DNA of 64,000 nucleotides, from positions 3,534,001-3,598,000 of the forward strand of contig JAWMAR010000242.1 in assembly GCA_036785375.1 (NCBI GenBank), written 5' to 3'. Both the position numbers and the translations under genes were made by a program. The notes under the pieces were generated by a model that did no database searches, had not been told where the DNA came from, and was given only the letters and a program-made list of their open reading frames with translations. Of the stretch, positions 1 to 13,712 are shown one piece after another. Position 1 is the first letter of the stretch, and each line of letters begins with the position of its first letter. Origin of the DNA: Leucoraja ocellata. Taxonomy: Eukaryota.

Positions 1-385
1 TTTAGTTAAGTTTAGTTTATTATCGGCATGTGTACCGAGGTACAGTGAAAGGCATTTTTGTTGCATGCGATCCAGTCAGTGAAGAGCCTACACATGATTA
101 CAATCAAGCCGTCCACAGCGTACAGATACAGGATAAAGGGAATAATGTTTAGTGCAAGGTAAAGTCCAGTAAAGTCTGATTAAAGATAGTCTGGAGTTCT
201 CCCATGAGGTAGATGGTAGGTCAGGCCCCCTCTCTACTCAGTGATAGGGTGGTTCATTTGCCTGAAAACAGCTGGGGAGAAACTGTCCCTGAATCTGGAG
301 GTGTGCGTTTTCACACTTCTGTACCTCTTGCCCGATGGGAGAGGGGGGAAAAGGGAGTGAGACTCATCCTTGATTATGCTGGCAA
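1..385 (-). mobile_element. Rex1/Babar-type LINE 3' fragment
   Basis: Minus translation IIKDESHSLFPPLPSGKRYRSVKTHTSRFRDSFSP, followed by the tail ttcactgtacctcggtacac...ataataaactaaac. Confidence 0.8.
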
Positions 386-3157
386 ACCAAATGAAAAATT
401 GAAAGGAAGTCAAAGACTGCACTAAATATTTTTGGAAAAAGAGCTATTAGTATATTGCTAACGTTGCGCTTATATGAGATAATCTCAATTTATCAAATTC
501 TTGGCGTTTTAAAACATCTTAATCTATTACTGCTGTTCATTGTTAATGTGTAATTTATATATTTTTCTTTGGATCTTATTGGTAGCAACAACTTCAGAAT
601 TACATGCCTTTTCACCAGGATAAATGGCTATGTGAATCGGTGATTACCCAAGTGAACACAGTATTGTGCCCTGTAGCCCATATGCTAAACACCTTTTCAT
701 GTTGTTCATGAGCTGGTTAGCAGCACTTTCTGATCAAGACTAACGCAACCATTAAACATTTATAATTCCCCTGATTTTTAAACATGGCTGGGATTCTAGC
801 AGACTAAAACATCAGAATGAAAATTCATCTTTAAGCAAAGACTTTACCTTTCTCTGTGAAATCCAAAGACAATCACCATTTTGGATGGGAAACTTTACAA
901 CAGTTATTGCAAAAACCTTTAAAAATGGCAAAAACATTTGCAAATGTTGTCTTTTCTCAAAACTTCTATTATAGGAATATTATTTGCTCCCAAATGCTAA
1001 AAATGACATAAAATAGCATTGTTCATGCATTTAGTTTGTTTGATAGAATAGCATTGTGCTCCAAGGAATTCTGAGTAGGCAAGGCCAGAAGATAAAACAG
1101 CATCTACGAGCCACAGAGAAAATATATGATTAGACAGTCTTTGTGACTAAATAAAGGGTTAAATAATTAAAATTCTTCATCCTAAGAATACCCAGGAAAG
1201 GTAGCGAAACAACCAATACAGATTGATTCATGAATCATTTCTGAAGAATTTGAGGGATTGGGTGAATAAGTCGAGTTGAGATGAACAGAAAAACAATCTG
1301 TTTCAAGGGGCAAATGATTTGTGTTCCACGGTGTGTGGGGCCTTATTACTGCACACTGTGCCAATTAACCCTGACTTAATTTCTCCCCTCATCCACCATC
1401 GATTGTCCCCAGCATCTTGATAACCCCCTCCCTATTTTCGCCCCTTCCTCTGATCTCTGCCATTCCCTGTCTCTCTCCCCAGTCCTTCCTTGGAGAGAAT
1501 TCTCTCACTTTCTACTAGGCAATGTGAAACATGATGGCAACCAATAATTTTGGAAAACCACCAATGTTGAAAGTGTGTATCTCCTTTAAGTGTATGAAGT
1601 CCATGATAACGTTTTCTCAAAGTAATGATGCCTCAGTTTCTAATTTTTTTTAGTACAGGGTGTCACCCAATTTGGCATCAGAGCAGAACACCGCACCCTA
1701 AATGGGCAAAATCCATTTTCTTGGTTAATATATTTTTGGAAATGGGCAATTATGGGTTAACGCTGTCATACACATGGGAATTTCATTCAAAAAGATTATT
1801 AACGGCAAAAAGTCAAGACTGGACAGCGTAACACTAAATAATCTAGAAACAAGGAACTATAGATGCTGGTTTTTCAAAAAAAGACACTGTGCTGGAATAA
1901 CTCAGCGGGTCAGGCAGCATATCTGAAGAACATGGATAGGTAACGTTTCAGGTCGGGATCCATCTTCAGACTGAATCCCTACACCATTTTGCAAGTGAGA
2001 ATCGCTCATATGGTTCACAAAGTTTTATTACTGATTTGTTGTTTGCTTATATGTGTGTCAAAATGATATAAAGCATTTACAAAACAAGCATTGTCATCTT
2101 AACGTAGCTAAATTGAAATCTCTATACAAATCTGTGCCAATTTTTTGAAGGACTATGGGGCTTTGTATCAATGTTGGTTTACATTTAAAATTGCTTGATT
2201 TTAAAAGAAGAAACATTGATGTGTGAGACTAGAGCATGAGTATTATATGGATTGAATAATAGATCACAACCTGTGATGTTTGCAGATGCAACAGAAAATT
2301 AAATCAAATCACTTTCAAAGAGGTTTTCCAGATTAAAGAATCATTGCATGCAGAACACATCTTTCACAAAATGTGTCCCATTACTTTTGTGCAAAGTTTT
2401 TACTTTTGTTATTTTGGCTCTAAATGTTTGTTGATTTAAGTCAATTGCACGTAATTACAAACAGGAAGACATCGTAAAAATGCAAGTAGCACAAGGACCA
2501 CTTGTAAACGACGGGCACATTCTATTTTGTTTTATCTTTTTAGTTCACCTTTGCAGTCATGGGGTGGTATATTTACCTGCATCAATTTTACCACAATATT
2601 ACATGTCAAGTTTTCTAGGCTTTGTTTCACTGGTAAGTGCTTCTGTGTGCGATTGTAAGATGCTAGCCCTGTATTTATGCTGAGAAATGCTATCAGTGTG
2701 AAATGAAGTGGCCACCCAGCTTGAAGAATAGAATTCTTATGCAGGGACAACTTAAAATGGCTCTGGCGTTGCTAATATTATAGTTTCTTTTGATAAAACA
2801 TATTTGCATGGGGAAGTGCATTTGGAAAATGTTGACAAGATATGTAAGCTTGCCAGATTGTTATTTTTTATTAGTAAATTTGTTAAAATATCAATTTCAC
2901 ATCACACTTACAAGTCACTGATAAGATATTCCCGATGGTGATAATTAGGATTCATTAATAAAATAGTTGTTAGAGAAGCCTTTTAAAATGGGGCAAGCGA
3001 TCTAAGGGAATCATATTTGTATTGTTCTTTTTGCCGTGGATTTAAAATAACTACCAAATTAACAGAATAGGCTTAAGCAAGCAAGATTTGCATCGAAAAA
3101 ATTATGCATTTTACTTATTTGTGAAGTATATAAAAATTCTGCCATGCCTAGTTTAGT

Positions 3158-3448
3158 AGGTAGTCAAAAATGCTGGAGAAACTCAGCGGGTGAGGCGGCA
3201 TCTATGGAGCGAAGGAAATAGGCAACGTTTCGGGTCGAGACTCTTCTTCAGACTGATGTGAGGGTGGGGGGGCGGGAAGAAGAAGGGAAGAGGCGGAGAC
3301 AGTGGGCTGAGGGAGAGCTGAGAAGGGGAGGAGAAAGCAGGGACTACCTGAAATTAGAGAAGTCAATGTTCATACCACTGGGGTACAAACTGCCCAAGCG
3401 AAATATGAGATGCTGCACCTCCAATTTACGGTGGTCCTCACTCTGGTA
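3158..3448 (-). mobile_element. Penelope-like element 3' end/pseudo-LTR fragment with degenerate hammerhead motif (3224-3251)
   Basis: Similar to the 3' ends of the larger Penelope copies at 15985 and 40565. TTTAGTAGG occurs on both sides. Confidence 0.75.
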
Positions 3449-3689
3449 ATTTAGTAGGATAGTATGTCCATACAAATAAAAGTCCTTTTTGATAATGAAT
3501 TTCATCTAAATCCTTATTTGCTTATTAGTTATCTCAAAATATTTAGTTGGCACATATGAACCAAGGGCCATGCAAAGGCATGCATCTTAAATATCAAGAG
3601 ACTATGAAAAAATAACATTTTATTTAGTTCCTTGCGAGTGTTAGCTTTAAATTTGGAAGGGTTCAAAACAAAAATGAGCACATAAACAG

Positions 3690-3990
3690 TGCTGGCACTT
3701 CAGTGAAGACGTGCTGTATTTTTGAAGTTGTTGCTTTTGGGTGCCATGTTAGGCAGGCCTTTGTTTACATTGGTGCACATAAGAAACTTCACGGGACCAT
3801 TTGGGAAGGATTATGGGAATATTTCTGCTTTCCTGGCCACCATTTCTCTTCCAAATAATATAAATTAGTCCGTAAATGATCTTATTGTTATTTATGTGCT
3901 AATGGCTGTTGTGTTTGCATGCTTTACACCAGTCAACACATTACATAAGCATTTCAGGATCTTCACAATACTTTACAAGTGGTAGTCAAG
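3690..3990 (+). mobile_element. Highly diverged DeuSINE (SacSINE1/AmnSINE1-like) remnant
   Basis: Weak collinear similarity to the Deu domain (gtgctgtatt...tcctggccaccattt...aatggctgttgtgttt) and to the better copy at 44830-45350. Confidence 0.4.
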
Positions 3991-4086
3991 GGGAAGTCCT
4001 TTCTTGTTCTAATTACTTGTTCCCCTCATTGTGTTCGCAGCTGAAATTTTAATTGCAGCCAATTGTAAAATTTGTTAATTTCTGTG

Positions 4087-4287
4087 TTTAAGAAGGAACT
4101 GCAGATGCTGGAAAATCGAAGGTACACAACAAAGCTGGAGAAACTCAGCGGGTGCAGCAGCATCTATCGAGCGAAGGAAATAGGCAACGTTTCGGGCCAA
4201 AACCCTTCCTCAGAGAAAGGGTTTTGGCCCGAAACGTTGCCTATTTCCTTCGTTCCATAGATGCTGCTGCACCCGCTGAGTTTCTCC
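4087..4287. mobile_element. Penelope-derived fold-back mini-element
   Basis: About 70-bp inverted arms (4137-4207 / 4217-4287). 14-bp TSD TGTTAATWTCTGTG at 4073-4086 and 4288-4301. Hammerhead-like core on the minus strand at 4186-4213. Confidence 0.9.
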
Positions 4288-4579
4288 TGTTAATATCTGT
4301 GACAGTTTCAGGTATTAAAATGGGTTGCTTGTGGACAGATGACTGATACTGTGTGGAGATGAAGGCATGGAGATGCAGCTGGATTTCTCTTAACAAGATA
4401 GTTTTATCATCTCTATCATGTCTAGGCTTAAGCTATTGACAAGATTTAGGAACTATTGTTGTTTGAGCAATTAATTACAATACTCATGTCTTTGTAAATT
4501 ATTATTATTAAGTTCAAAATAATACCTAATTGTTAATAATTTATAAATCCTTAATGTGGACTGATGTCAATATTTGATA

Positions 4580-5722
4580 ACTAGTTGGGGAGATGGTACT
4601 ATTTATTGGAATTAAGTAATTTTAATTGGATTGATACCCATTAAAGATGCATATTTATAGCAATTTCCTTTTATGTTAGACTACCAACATTAAATTCCAT
4701 AATTATCAAATCTCTATCTCAAAGTCAGATCTTCTTAATTCCACAGCTTGCCTGCTATTTACAAGTGTTTTTTTTGTTAATCTTTTCGACATTTCATGTC
4801 AGTTACAGCTTTGGAAGCAGTCCCATATTGAAGGACCATGAAAAGCAATTGAGAAAATATATCTGTTAAAAATCAGATGCAAAAGGCACAAATTCTTGAA
4901 CTCAGAATTAACTCCTTAAGTGCTGAATTGTTTTTATGTGACTTTCAAGATGTGTACATTTCATGTCAGGAAAATTATTTCCATTAAAATTTTAAATATT
5001 GAATATTACAAAATAGAATTATAGAAAAGGTTTCATTTGAATCATGAACATTTCTTCTTTCACATCCTTGGAAAGAACTAAACAGCCATTTGCAGGTTCT
5101 GATTTTTGTTGTGGTGCAGTAATACTACTGTTAATCAAAAAATGAATACATCCTCTCTCACCTTTCAAGGTCAGGAGTCTTCTTTTCTAAAAAAAAAGAA
5201 CTGATTAAAAAATATAAAATAATTGTAAAGGCTTGTAATAGAACCTAATGAGTTGATTAATGTGGTATAATTACTGTCTTCAGCTCATTTTAATCAAAAT
5301 ATTATGAATGTATCCACAACAATAAACAATAGAACATTATAGTTTTGAAAATTGACTTGAGTAGACCAACAAAAAATACAGTAAACTACAGCATCTTGAG
5401 TACATTCAGAGTAAATCCTCGTGGATAACCAAATGGTCTTTTCATTTCTTGATGCCAAAACTAAGATAATGTTACCTTTTGTCTAGGTTGTCTACAGTTC
5501 TTCTCTTCAAACAATGCATATTAAATCATTGAAGTGATGGGGAAGCATATTTTACCATTCTGTCATGCCACAGAGCTATTTTATTTATGCCATTAACTTT
5601 GACTAAAATCCAGTATTGATATCTAGGAAAGGCAAAATGTGAAGAACTTGACCACGTTCTCAGACTTTTTCATATTGAAGTACATCAGTTTTCTTTTACA
5701 CAGTTCATTGACAAATAGGCAT
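4580..5722 (-). other. JPH3: Probable JPH3 3' UTR (distal end uncertain)
   Basis: AT-rich, repeat-free sequence directly after the stop codon. Candidate AATAAA hexamers on the minus strand at 5580-5585 and 4602-4607. The true cleavage site cannot be determined from sequence alone. Confidence 0.5.
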
Positions 5723-5803
5723 TCAAATAAAAAAGTGGATAAACAAAATGGCGACACCAATGTTTAGCAAAATCACCATAGCAACCAGAATGGGATTGGA
5801 GCC
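5723..5803 (-). CDS. JPH3: Junctophilin-3, terminal coding exon (transmembrane tail anchor + stop)
   Basis: Minus strand tctcttttttcttttAG|GGC TCC AAT CCC...ATT TGA gives GSNPILVAMVILLNIGVAILFIHFFI*, nearly identical to the recalled JPH3 C-terminus GSAPILVVMVILLNIGVAILFINFFI. Phase 0, matching the exon 4 donor. Confidence 0.96.
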   Translation of the reverse strand, partial: GSNPILVAMVILLNIGVAILFIHFFI

Positions 5804-7084
5804 CTAAAAGAAAAAAGAGACAAGATTTACAAGTCATTAATATTATGTGTCCACAGCAAATCTCACAAATACATACCTGACATATTTGCCCTTTTTTATT
5901 TTAAAGGAAATGTATCTATATTATTATTTAAAGATGTTAATTATTATGAATCATAATCTCCTAAATAGTTCATCTTCATCTGTTATCCCATAATTAAGTT
6001 AACATTTCCAAAAGATGGAGTTTGTCTGTACACATAGACTTGAGCCCAACATTCTGTTCATAATAGTCACCATTTAAACAAAAGTATTTACATGAAAACA
6101 AAGCAAAGGACAGTTGAAATTAATGTCAAATGTTTTCATATAATTCATAATATCTTACATAATTAAAATGATTTAATAATATTTTGTGTTTCAAGTCTCC
6201 TGGCCATGTGATCATTCATTGTGAAGAAATCACGACTTAAAAATTGTGAAGAAAACCTGCCCAATTTGCTGGAAGAAACTTTACTCTGCCTTCCTTATCA
6301 AGAAGTGTCTTGAAAGCGTACTTGGGTTGGTGAGTGCTTACCAAAATTATGGCAAAAATGGCAAAAGTGTCTACAATACCGGGAATTATGATGTTATGTT
6401 TTAAGTGAAAAATATGAAGTGCCTCTTAGCCAACTAACATTTTGAAATTCTATCCAAAACATCAATGTGTTGTGTCGTGGACTTTCTGTGTTTGTGCTTT
6501 TCTTTTTTTTAATTCAATTCAATTTTATTTTTAATATGTTTTATTATTTATTAATTATTTATTTTTATGATACTGCCTGGAAGGAAAATTCATTTTGTTG
6601 TCTCTAATTGAGACAATGACAATAAATTTGAATACAATACACAATACAATCCTGGATCATTACGCGTATATAATGCATTTTGTTGTCTCTGTACTGTACA
6701 CTGACAATGACAATTAAAATTGAATCTGAATCTGATTACAATTTTTCACTTTGTGATTTGTCGCTTCAGTGTACAACAGCAAATAATTTTTTTAAGTTAT
6801 TAAGGTTTAGTCTGTGTTCACATATAACAAGACAACCTTCAAACATCAACTAATAAGGACAAGTAGCATATGTGGCTCATAAATGTTAGGTGAAGGTGGT
6901 CTCGAAGTATAGAAAGTCAAAGCAGATTCCCTGGATATTTGCTGATAGACACATGTTGTAGAATCAAGTGGCAGAATCTGCGGAGAATTCAAATATCAAA
7001 ATCCTTTGGTTCAGCAAAGACCAGAAACACAAGTGCATCAACTGTGCCTTGTCTACAAGGACAGAGACCTTATTTAATGTTATC

Positions 7085-7350
7085 TCCCTTCTGCAATCTA
7101 TGAGGCACACAGGGACTGCTGGAATACACTTTGCATGACTGGATAGCTGCAGGTCCTACAACAGTCAAATACCCTGGCATTATGCTGGATAGACAACTGA
7201 TCCTTGATAAACATGCATTACTTCAACCACCACCAACATAAGGTAACCTGTAGCAACTTATTAAAGTTTCTTCACTACATTTCCCAGTACCATGTCCTCC
7301 AGTGCCCAGTGAAGGACAGCAGGACTAGGCTGCTGCCAATTGTAAGTTCC
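7085..7350 (+). mobile_element. Ancient degenerate LINE fragment (CR1/L2 group)
   Basis: Remnant resembling the LINE ORF2 C-terminal region (ctggaatac...tggatagctgcag...caccaccaac). No intact ORF. Confidence 0.35.
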
Positions 7351-8307
7351 AAATTACTTTATAATGACTTGAAATATATTAAATATATTACCAATTCTTT
7401 ATCATAGCTGAATGAAAATCCCGGAAATCCCTGCAGAATAGTTCTGTGGGAATAATTTCTACAACCTGATTCTAATGCTTCCAGGAGGTGGCTCACTCCC
7501 ACTCTATCAAATGTAATTACAATGGCCTTGAGAAATAAAAATACGCTCATTTGCACCTTGTACGATTTCATAACGCCTCTGATAGCTACTCGTAGAACCA
7601 TGTACTGTATCAGAAACCCATCAACTCTCTCAAGATTCTGCCACATACCTATACAATTTACAATGGCTGTAACCTACTGGTCAGCAATTGTTTGGGATAT
7701 GGGGGATCCCATAAAATGACAGGGAGAATGGATAAAGCCAACACAGACAGGACAGGGGATTTACACCATGCAAACACAAGTTATTTAGTTAGCTTAAAAC
7801 CCAATGGCATGAACATTGAATTCTCCAATTTTAGGTAACGTACCAGAACCACAATTCCACTCATTCCCTCCCCCAACTCTCCTTCCTGTTGCCCACCCGG
7901 TCATGCACTTGTTTCTCCTCTTCCCACCCCTCCCACCTACATTCCTTTCTCTAGTTTCACTGTTCGTATGTCACATCTTTAGTCTTTCCATCCTTGGCTT
8001 TTGATGAACCATCGACTATATGCTCCCTGTATCCACCTATCCTGCCCGCCCTCTCATCAGTCTGAAGAAAGATCCTGGGCCAAAACATCACCTATCCATG
8101 TTTTCCAGAGCTGCTGCCTGACCCTCTCGATTACTCCAGCACTTTGTATCTTTTTTTTTAAACCATCATCTGCAATTCCTTGTTTCTACATTTTGTGCTT
8201 TGTCCAACTCAATTTCTATATGTGTATCTTTAAGCGTTATGAAGGAATGTAAAGCACGTTTTCCATGAATTATTTTATGACTACCTAAGTGGATTGATGC
8301 ACCATGT

Positions 8308-8434
8308 GTGTAGGAAGGAACTGAACATGCTGGTTTACACCAAAGATAGACAAAAATTGTTGGATGTAACTCAGCGGGAGAGGCAGCATCTGGCTGTCCC
8401 ACTGAGTTACTCCAGCATGTTGTGTCTATTTTCC
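8308..8434. mobile_element. Penelope-derived fold-back mini-element (short)
   Basis: Inverted arms (atagacaaaa...gtaactcagcggga / tcccactgagttac...tgtctat). 11-bp TSD ATGCACCATGT at 8297-8307 and 8435-8445. Confidence 0.8.
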
Positions 8435-9766
8435 ATGCACCATGTTGTACATTGTAAAGTCTATGATGTTATTTGACTCGAGGTAGCAAAGTAAGAATCT
8501 CTCTTCAGGGGGAAAAAAAATGAAGAAATATTTCCTTGTCTTTTTCAACATTTAGTGTGTTTCCAAGAAGGCCCAGAAACGGCCATTGTCAAACCCTGCA
8601 GGATGATGGGAGAGAAAGAATTTAAAACTGAAAAGAAAACTAATTTAATGAGAGGATAAGGAATGTTTAATGCTTTCTGCACGATGGATTAATATGCCAT
8701 TGTAGAAGAATATTAATATCTACATGAGAAATTAACAATAATAACCAAGGTTTATCATGCATTATATTTTAAATATTTCAATGTAATATTTCTGAGCATA
8801 GGAATCTTCAAATGACACTATCTGTAGTGTAACGAGCCTTTGTTTCCCTCCTTTGACCTGACTTATATATGAAATCTTATCTGACCAAAATGTGAATTCT
8901 GCTTTTAATCAAATCTTGCATTTTACAATGACAACAAAACAGTTATGCATATCATGCTCCACTGCAGTGGAGATTAAAAGCTGTTTGCTTTATGCAGGCA
9001 CAATCCAAAGATAATTTATAATGTCCTACAGGAACTTAGATTAAGCACATAATGCCAAGTACTGAATCTGAGCCTGGATTACATGGGCCACTTTCATCAG
9101 CCTTTGAACATACTATGAAAAGGGTGCTTGCTGGATACGTATATACTTGAAAAATGATTTTGTAATTAGTGTGTATTAATATTTCCTATACAAAGTAGTG
9201 TTATTTAGATGCAGGTAGCACCGTTCATTTCTGGTACTTCAAATGAAATCCAGTGAGCCTTTAAGGTATAAGCTGTTGCTAGGTAACTACCCAGAAAGCC
9301 AATGACATGCCTGTATTTCATGGCTCAGCAGATTGGAGGTTGTTGTGCTTCTGAAAATGAACTACATTGGGGCGGAAAAAACCTTGCAATATATTGATGC
9401 TTGGATATGAATTGACTTAATAATTAGATATGCCTCCTTGATTCCTTGGTGCTTAACATGAATAAATGATGTATTCATTACAGGATGTGAACAGCTGATT
9501 ACTATAAATTGATTACACCTATCAATTTCATAAAAATATGTTCCCAGCACTGTAATATTATTTTTCTTATCAGGCATATTTCATTACTTACTCTGCACAA
9601 TAGCAGTAGCAGTACACCATCAGAATTAGATTTAGTTAGCTGATGCAATTTGTTATATTGTACTTTATTCCATGTTTTATCCTCACACTTCCACTCAAAC
9701 AAAATTCATAACTCTCTCTACAGGTGGACCTCTCAATTGCATTGGTCAAATGTTCTTTTTATATAA

Positions 9767-10026
9767 GATATATAGTGTGGAAACAGGCCCTTTGGCCCAC
9801 CGAGTCCACGCCGACCAGCGATCCTAGCACTATCCTACACACTAGGGACAATTTACACTTTTACCGAAGCGAATTAATTTATAAACCTGCATGTCTTTGG
9901 AATGTGGAAGAAAACTGGAGCAATCGGAGAAAACCCATGTGATCACAGGGAGAACGTACAAACTGTGTGCAGACAGCACCCGTAGTCAGGATTGAACCAG
10001 GGTCTCTGCTGCTGTAAGGCAGCAAC
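9767..10026 (-). mobile_element. HE1-like V-SINE
   Basis: tRNA-like head with B-box GGTTCAATCC, V-domain (tttgtacgttctcc...), and HER1/CR1-type tail gggcctgtttccacactatatct. Confidence 0.85.
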
Positions 10027-10641
10027 TCTACTGCTGCGCCACCGTACTGCCCTATGGATAAGAAACTCCAGTCCATTGTGTTTTGATTGGAGGTATAGGC
10101 ATTGATTTGACATAGTTGTGTTAAGTGTATGCAATAAAATTCACGGCCTGAATTACATCTCCCAGTTTTTATTTCTGTTGAAGATGGAACTGATTGTAGA
10201 ATTCTTATTGCCAAAATGTTTTACCTGCCTTCTCATGGGTATTAAAAGCCTACAGTTATGTAATCTTATGCAATCCTCCAACAACAGGGATGTACACTTC
10301 TTTATTGCAGTAAAGACAATCTTTATACCTTGAGTGGGATGAAATATATAGGACGTGTGCCAAAACCAAAGGCTGCTGGTCTTTCAGCCTATGCCTGTTG
10401 CAATAGGTTTTAAGATGGAATTAATACATTCAATAAGGGCCATGAAGAATCGTTAAATAATCCTGGTATATATACAACTGATGTGGATCTGGGTATCTCA
10501 ATGATACAAAACATTGCAACATAGTAAAGTGAACATACTGTAGAACAAGTGAATAAGATATTATCAAACTTTGCAAGGCCTTGGAATGAAATGGGTAACC
10601 TCCTGGCAGTGTAATCTAACTGGTACTATTTTGATGTGCAT

Positions 10642-10943
10642 GCACGGTGGCTCGGCAATAGAGCGACTGCCTTACAGCGCCAGAGACCCAGGTTCAATCC
10701 TGACTACGGGTGCTGTCTGTACGGAGTTTGTACGTTCTCCCCGTGACCTGCGTGGGTTTTCTCAGAGATCTTCTGTGTCCTCTCACACTCCAAAGACGTA
10801 CAGGTTTGTAGGTTAATTTGCTTGGTATAAACGTAAATTGGCCCTAGTGCGTGTAGGGTAGTGTTAATGTGCGGGGATCAATCGCTGGTCGGTGAGGACT
10901 CAGTGGGCCAAAGGGCTTGTTTTGGCTCTCTAAACTAAACTAA
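10642..10943 (+). mobile_element. HE1-like V-SINE
   Basis: B-box GGTTCAATCC at 10691, V-domain ctgtacggagtttgtacgttctccccgtg, (CTAAA)n tail. Confidence 0.9.
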
Positions 10944-10959
10944 TTTGGGGAGCTTTTTT

Positions 10960-11520
10960 CTAAATTCCTGAAGATGGCACAGCAAGTTGATAAAGCAATT
11001 AAGAAAACATACTTGCCTTTGTTATTTGCATTATTGAATACGGGGATGATATTAATGGCAAAACTTTTCAAATCACCAGCTAGGTTTTAACTGCAAAATT
11101 ATGCAAAATAATTAGACAGGCTATGTAGAGAGGTCAGCTGGAAAGCTTCCAGAGATTAGAGAGTTCAATTTTATGATTGGAAAAGATGGGAATGTTCTCC
11201 CGGAGAGGAGAAAGTTAAAGGGAGCCTAAAGGGAAATATTCACAATTTGGAGGGGCTTTGATTAACCACCTGGGGGGAGCTGTTTCAGCTGATGGCGGCA
11301 AGTCATTATAAATCATAGATTGAATGTACTTGGTTGGAAGGATTCATAAACTGAAAACAATTACTAAATATTAGAGAAATCAAAGTAAATTCTTTGCAGC
11401 CAGAGGGTTGTTAAAAATCTGGAACGTTCTTCTAAAAAGGGTGAAGAAATAGACTCAATAGGAAATTTCAAAAGGTCAATGATTAAGTGCTTGACCAATT
11501 TACACAATTACAATGGTACA
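10960..11520 (+). mobile_element. Old degenerate CR1 LINE 3' portion
   Basis: Collinear remnants of the CR1 ORF2 C-terminus (cttgcctttgtt..., ggagaggagaaagttaaagggag, cagagggttgttaaaaatctggaac). Confidence 0.55.
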
Positions 11521-11552
11521 ACTGGGAGGGTGAATGAATGAATTAATGCATG

Positions 11553-11716
11553 NNNNNNNNNNNNNNNNNNNNNNNNNNNNNNNNNNNNNNNNNNNNNNNN
11601 NNNNNNNNNNNNNNNNNNNNNNNNNNNNNNNNNNNNNNNNNNNNNNNNNNNNNNNNNNNNNNNNNNNNNNNNNNNNNNNNNNNNNNNNNNNNNNNNNNNN
11701 NNNNNNNNNNNNNNNN
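11553..11716. other. Assembly gap within a (GAAT)n microsatellite
   Basis: Run of N flanked by tgaatgaatg repeats. Confidence 0.98.
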
Positions 11717-12341
11717 GATTGAATGAATGTATGATTGAATGAATGATTGAAAGAATGAATGAATGAGACGAGTCACAATGAAATTCTTTGTTTTGCATAC
11801 CCAAGGTAATTGAGAGGTGAGATGAAGACAGGTGGAGTGTAATGATGAACAATTAGAGGATGTCATCCACTATGGTGCACACAAGGGAAAGGTGAAGTGT
11901 TTATTACATGGCGAGAGACTGGCTAGATGTGTTTTTGTACATAAATCATTTAAAACCAACATGCCCAAGGTATGCAAAGAGTTGCCACATAAATGACACT
12001 AAATAGAACAGCTGACTTTAACAGCTTGCACAGGTATGTGGGAGCAATGAGCTTATTCAAGGACTCTATGAATATGTATTGATCAAGCTTCTTATCCTCT
12101 GCTGATTAGGTTTTTGGAAGAAAGCAGAGTAAGATTCTTAGGAAAGGAAAAGTGACTTGCATATAAAACAAATTGGACATATTACAACATAAATTGCCAT
12201 GGCAGTATTCTTGTTATGTTAATAAAATATATTTTGTCTGTATGTTACAACTACATTCCAACTTGTCTCACTGGTAAACCATTTACTGGGATTACAGATC
12301 CTTCTGTGATCAGTTCATTTTCTTATTTGAGCTATTTGAAA

Positions 12342-12802
12342 GTTTAGTTTAGTTTATAGATACAGCACGGAAACAGGCCCTTCGGTTCACCGAGTCCGCG
12401 CCGACCAGCGATCCCCGTACACTAACACTATCCTATACACACTAGAGAGAGTATTTACCAAAACCAATTAACCTACAAACCTGAAGGTAGACAAAAATGC
12501 TGGAGAAACTCAGCGGGTGAGGCAGCATCTATGAAGCAAAGGAAATAAGCAACGTTTCAACGCTCATCCTCACCCGCTGAGTTTCTCCAGCAATTTTGTC
12601 TACCTTCGATTTTCCAACATCTGTAGTTCCTTCTTATACCTACAAACCTGTACGTTTTTGGAGTGTGGTTGGAAACCGGAGCATCTGGAGAAAACCCACA
12701 CGGTCCTGGGGAGAACTGCATACAGACAAGCACCTGTAGTCGGGATCAAAACCGGGTCTCTGGCGCTGTACGGCAGCAACTCTACCGCTGCGCCACCGTG
12801 CC
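12342..12802 (-). mobile_element. HE1-like V-SINE interrupted by a fold-back mini-element
   Basis: SINE tail at 12342-12483 and head/V-domain at 12638-12802 join collinearly across the insertion. Confidence 0.88.
12484..12637. mobile_element. Penelope-derived fold-back mini-element nested in a SINE
   Basis: Arms gaaggtagacaaaaatgctggagaaactcagcgggtgagg / cctcacccgctgagtttctccagcaattttgtctaccttc. Perfect 13-bp TSD ACCTACAAACCTG at 12471-12483 and 12638-12650. Confidence 0.9.
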
Positions 12803-13443
12803 GCCGTAATGTTGGTAGATTTTTGTAAAGTGTACATGAGAAATGAAGCAAAGACTCAACATACAGTTGCGTGTAAATCCCACTGAATAGCAAAATGGTG
12901 GTGAGAAGCTGTTTGTCTTCCAGCTGTCCCTGTGTTTCTGTATTCAATTAATTGTTTACTTAATTAATTATGGTTGAGGCTGTCGTTAAATATTCTTATT
13001 TATGACTTGCAAAGAAACATTTCCCATTATTATTATTATCCAGAGAATGTGTGACAATTTATTAGCAGCAATTCCTTTTCCTCTTTAGATTTGATAAATT
13101 GAAAGCAGTGACAGGAGTGTCCCCATGACCCTGTGAATCCTCACTGTCCTTCAATCAGATCATTGCGGATCCCTAGCTTTGCTGCCTTATCCTCATATCC
13201 TCTGGATGTTCTTAAATTAACTAATATACTTAGCAATTTTGACATGTTCATTCAATTTTGTACTGAATTTGGTCTGAATATTGCAGCAAATCTGGATCTT
13301 TTTGCAGACAAAGGGTTACTTATTTAATTGTATAATTATTGTGCCTGACCCACGCAAGGTAAACACATTTAGTGCATTATTGTTGTTTGTTGCTGACAAT
13401 GTGGTGTTGTGCAACAAATGATAACAATAAGGATCTCGGCGAA

Positions 13444-13712
13444 AGAGCTACTGCCTTACAGCGCCAGAGACCCGGGTTCAATCCTGACAATGGGTGCTGT
13501 CTGTACGGAATTTGTACATTCTCTCCGTGACCTCCGAGATCTTCCCACACTCCAAACACGTACAGGTTTGTAGGTTAATTGGCTTGGTATAAATGGAAAT
13601 TGATCCCTAGTGTGTGTGAGTGCGATAGTGTTAATGTGTGGGGATCGCTGGTTGGTGCTGACTCGGTGGGTCAAAGGGCCTGTTTCTGCGCTGTATCTCT
13701 AAACTAAACTCA
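13444..13712 (+). mobile_element. HE1-like V-SINE
   Basis: Same head, V-domain and (CTAAA)n tail as the other copies. Confidence 0.85.

Noticed and set aside
7359-7646. 95-aa ORF on the JPH3 strand as a possible extra exon
   Set aside because: No recognisable homology; exons 4 and 5 already join in frame; adjacent to degenerate LINE sequence.
8957-8972. Perfect 16-bp palindrome CTCCACTGCAGTGGAG
   Set aside because: About one such palindrome is expected by chance in 64 kb, and there is no supporting context.
10642-10720. tRNA gene candidates (B-box GGTTCAATCC)
   Set aside because: These are tRNA-derived heads of HE1-like SINEs, continuing directly into the V-domain with no pol III terminator or full cloverleaf.
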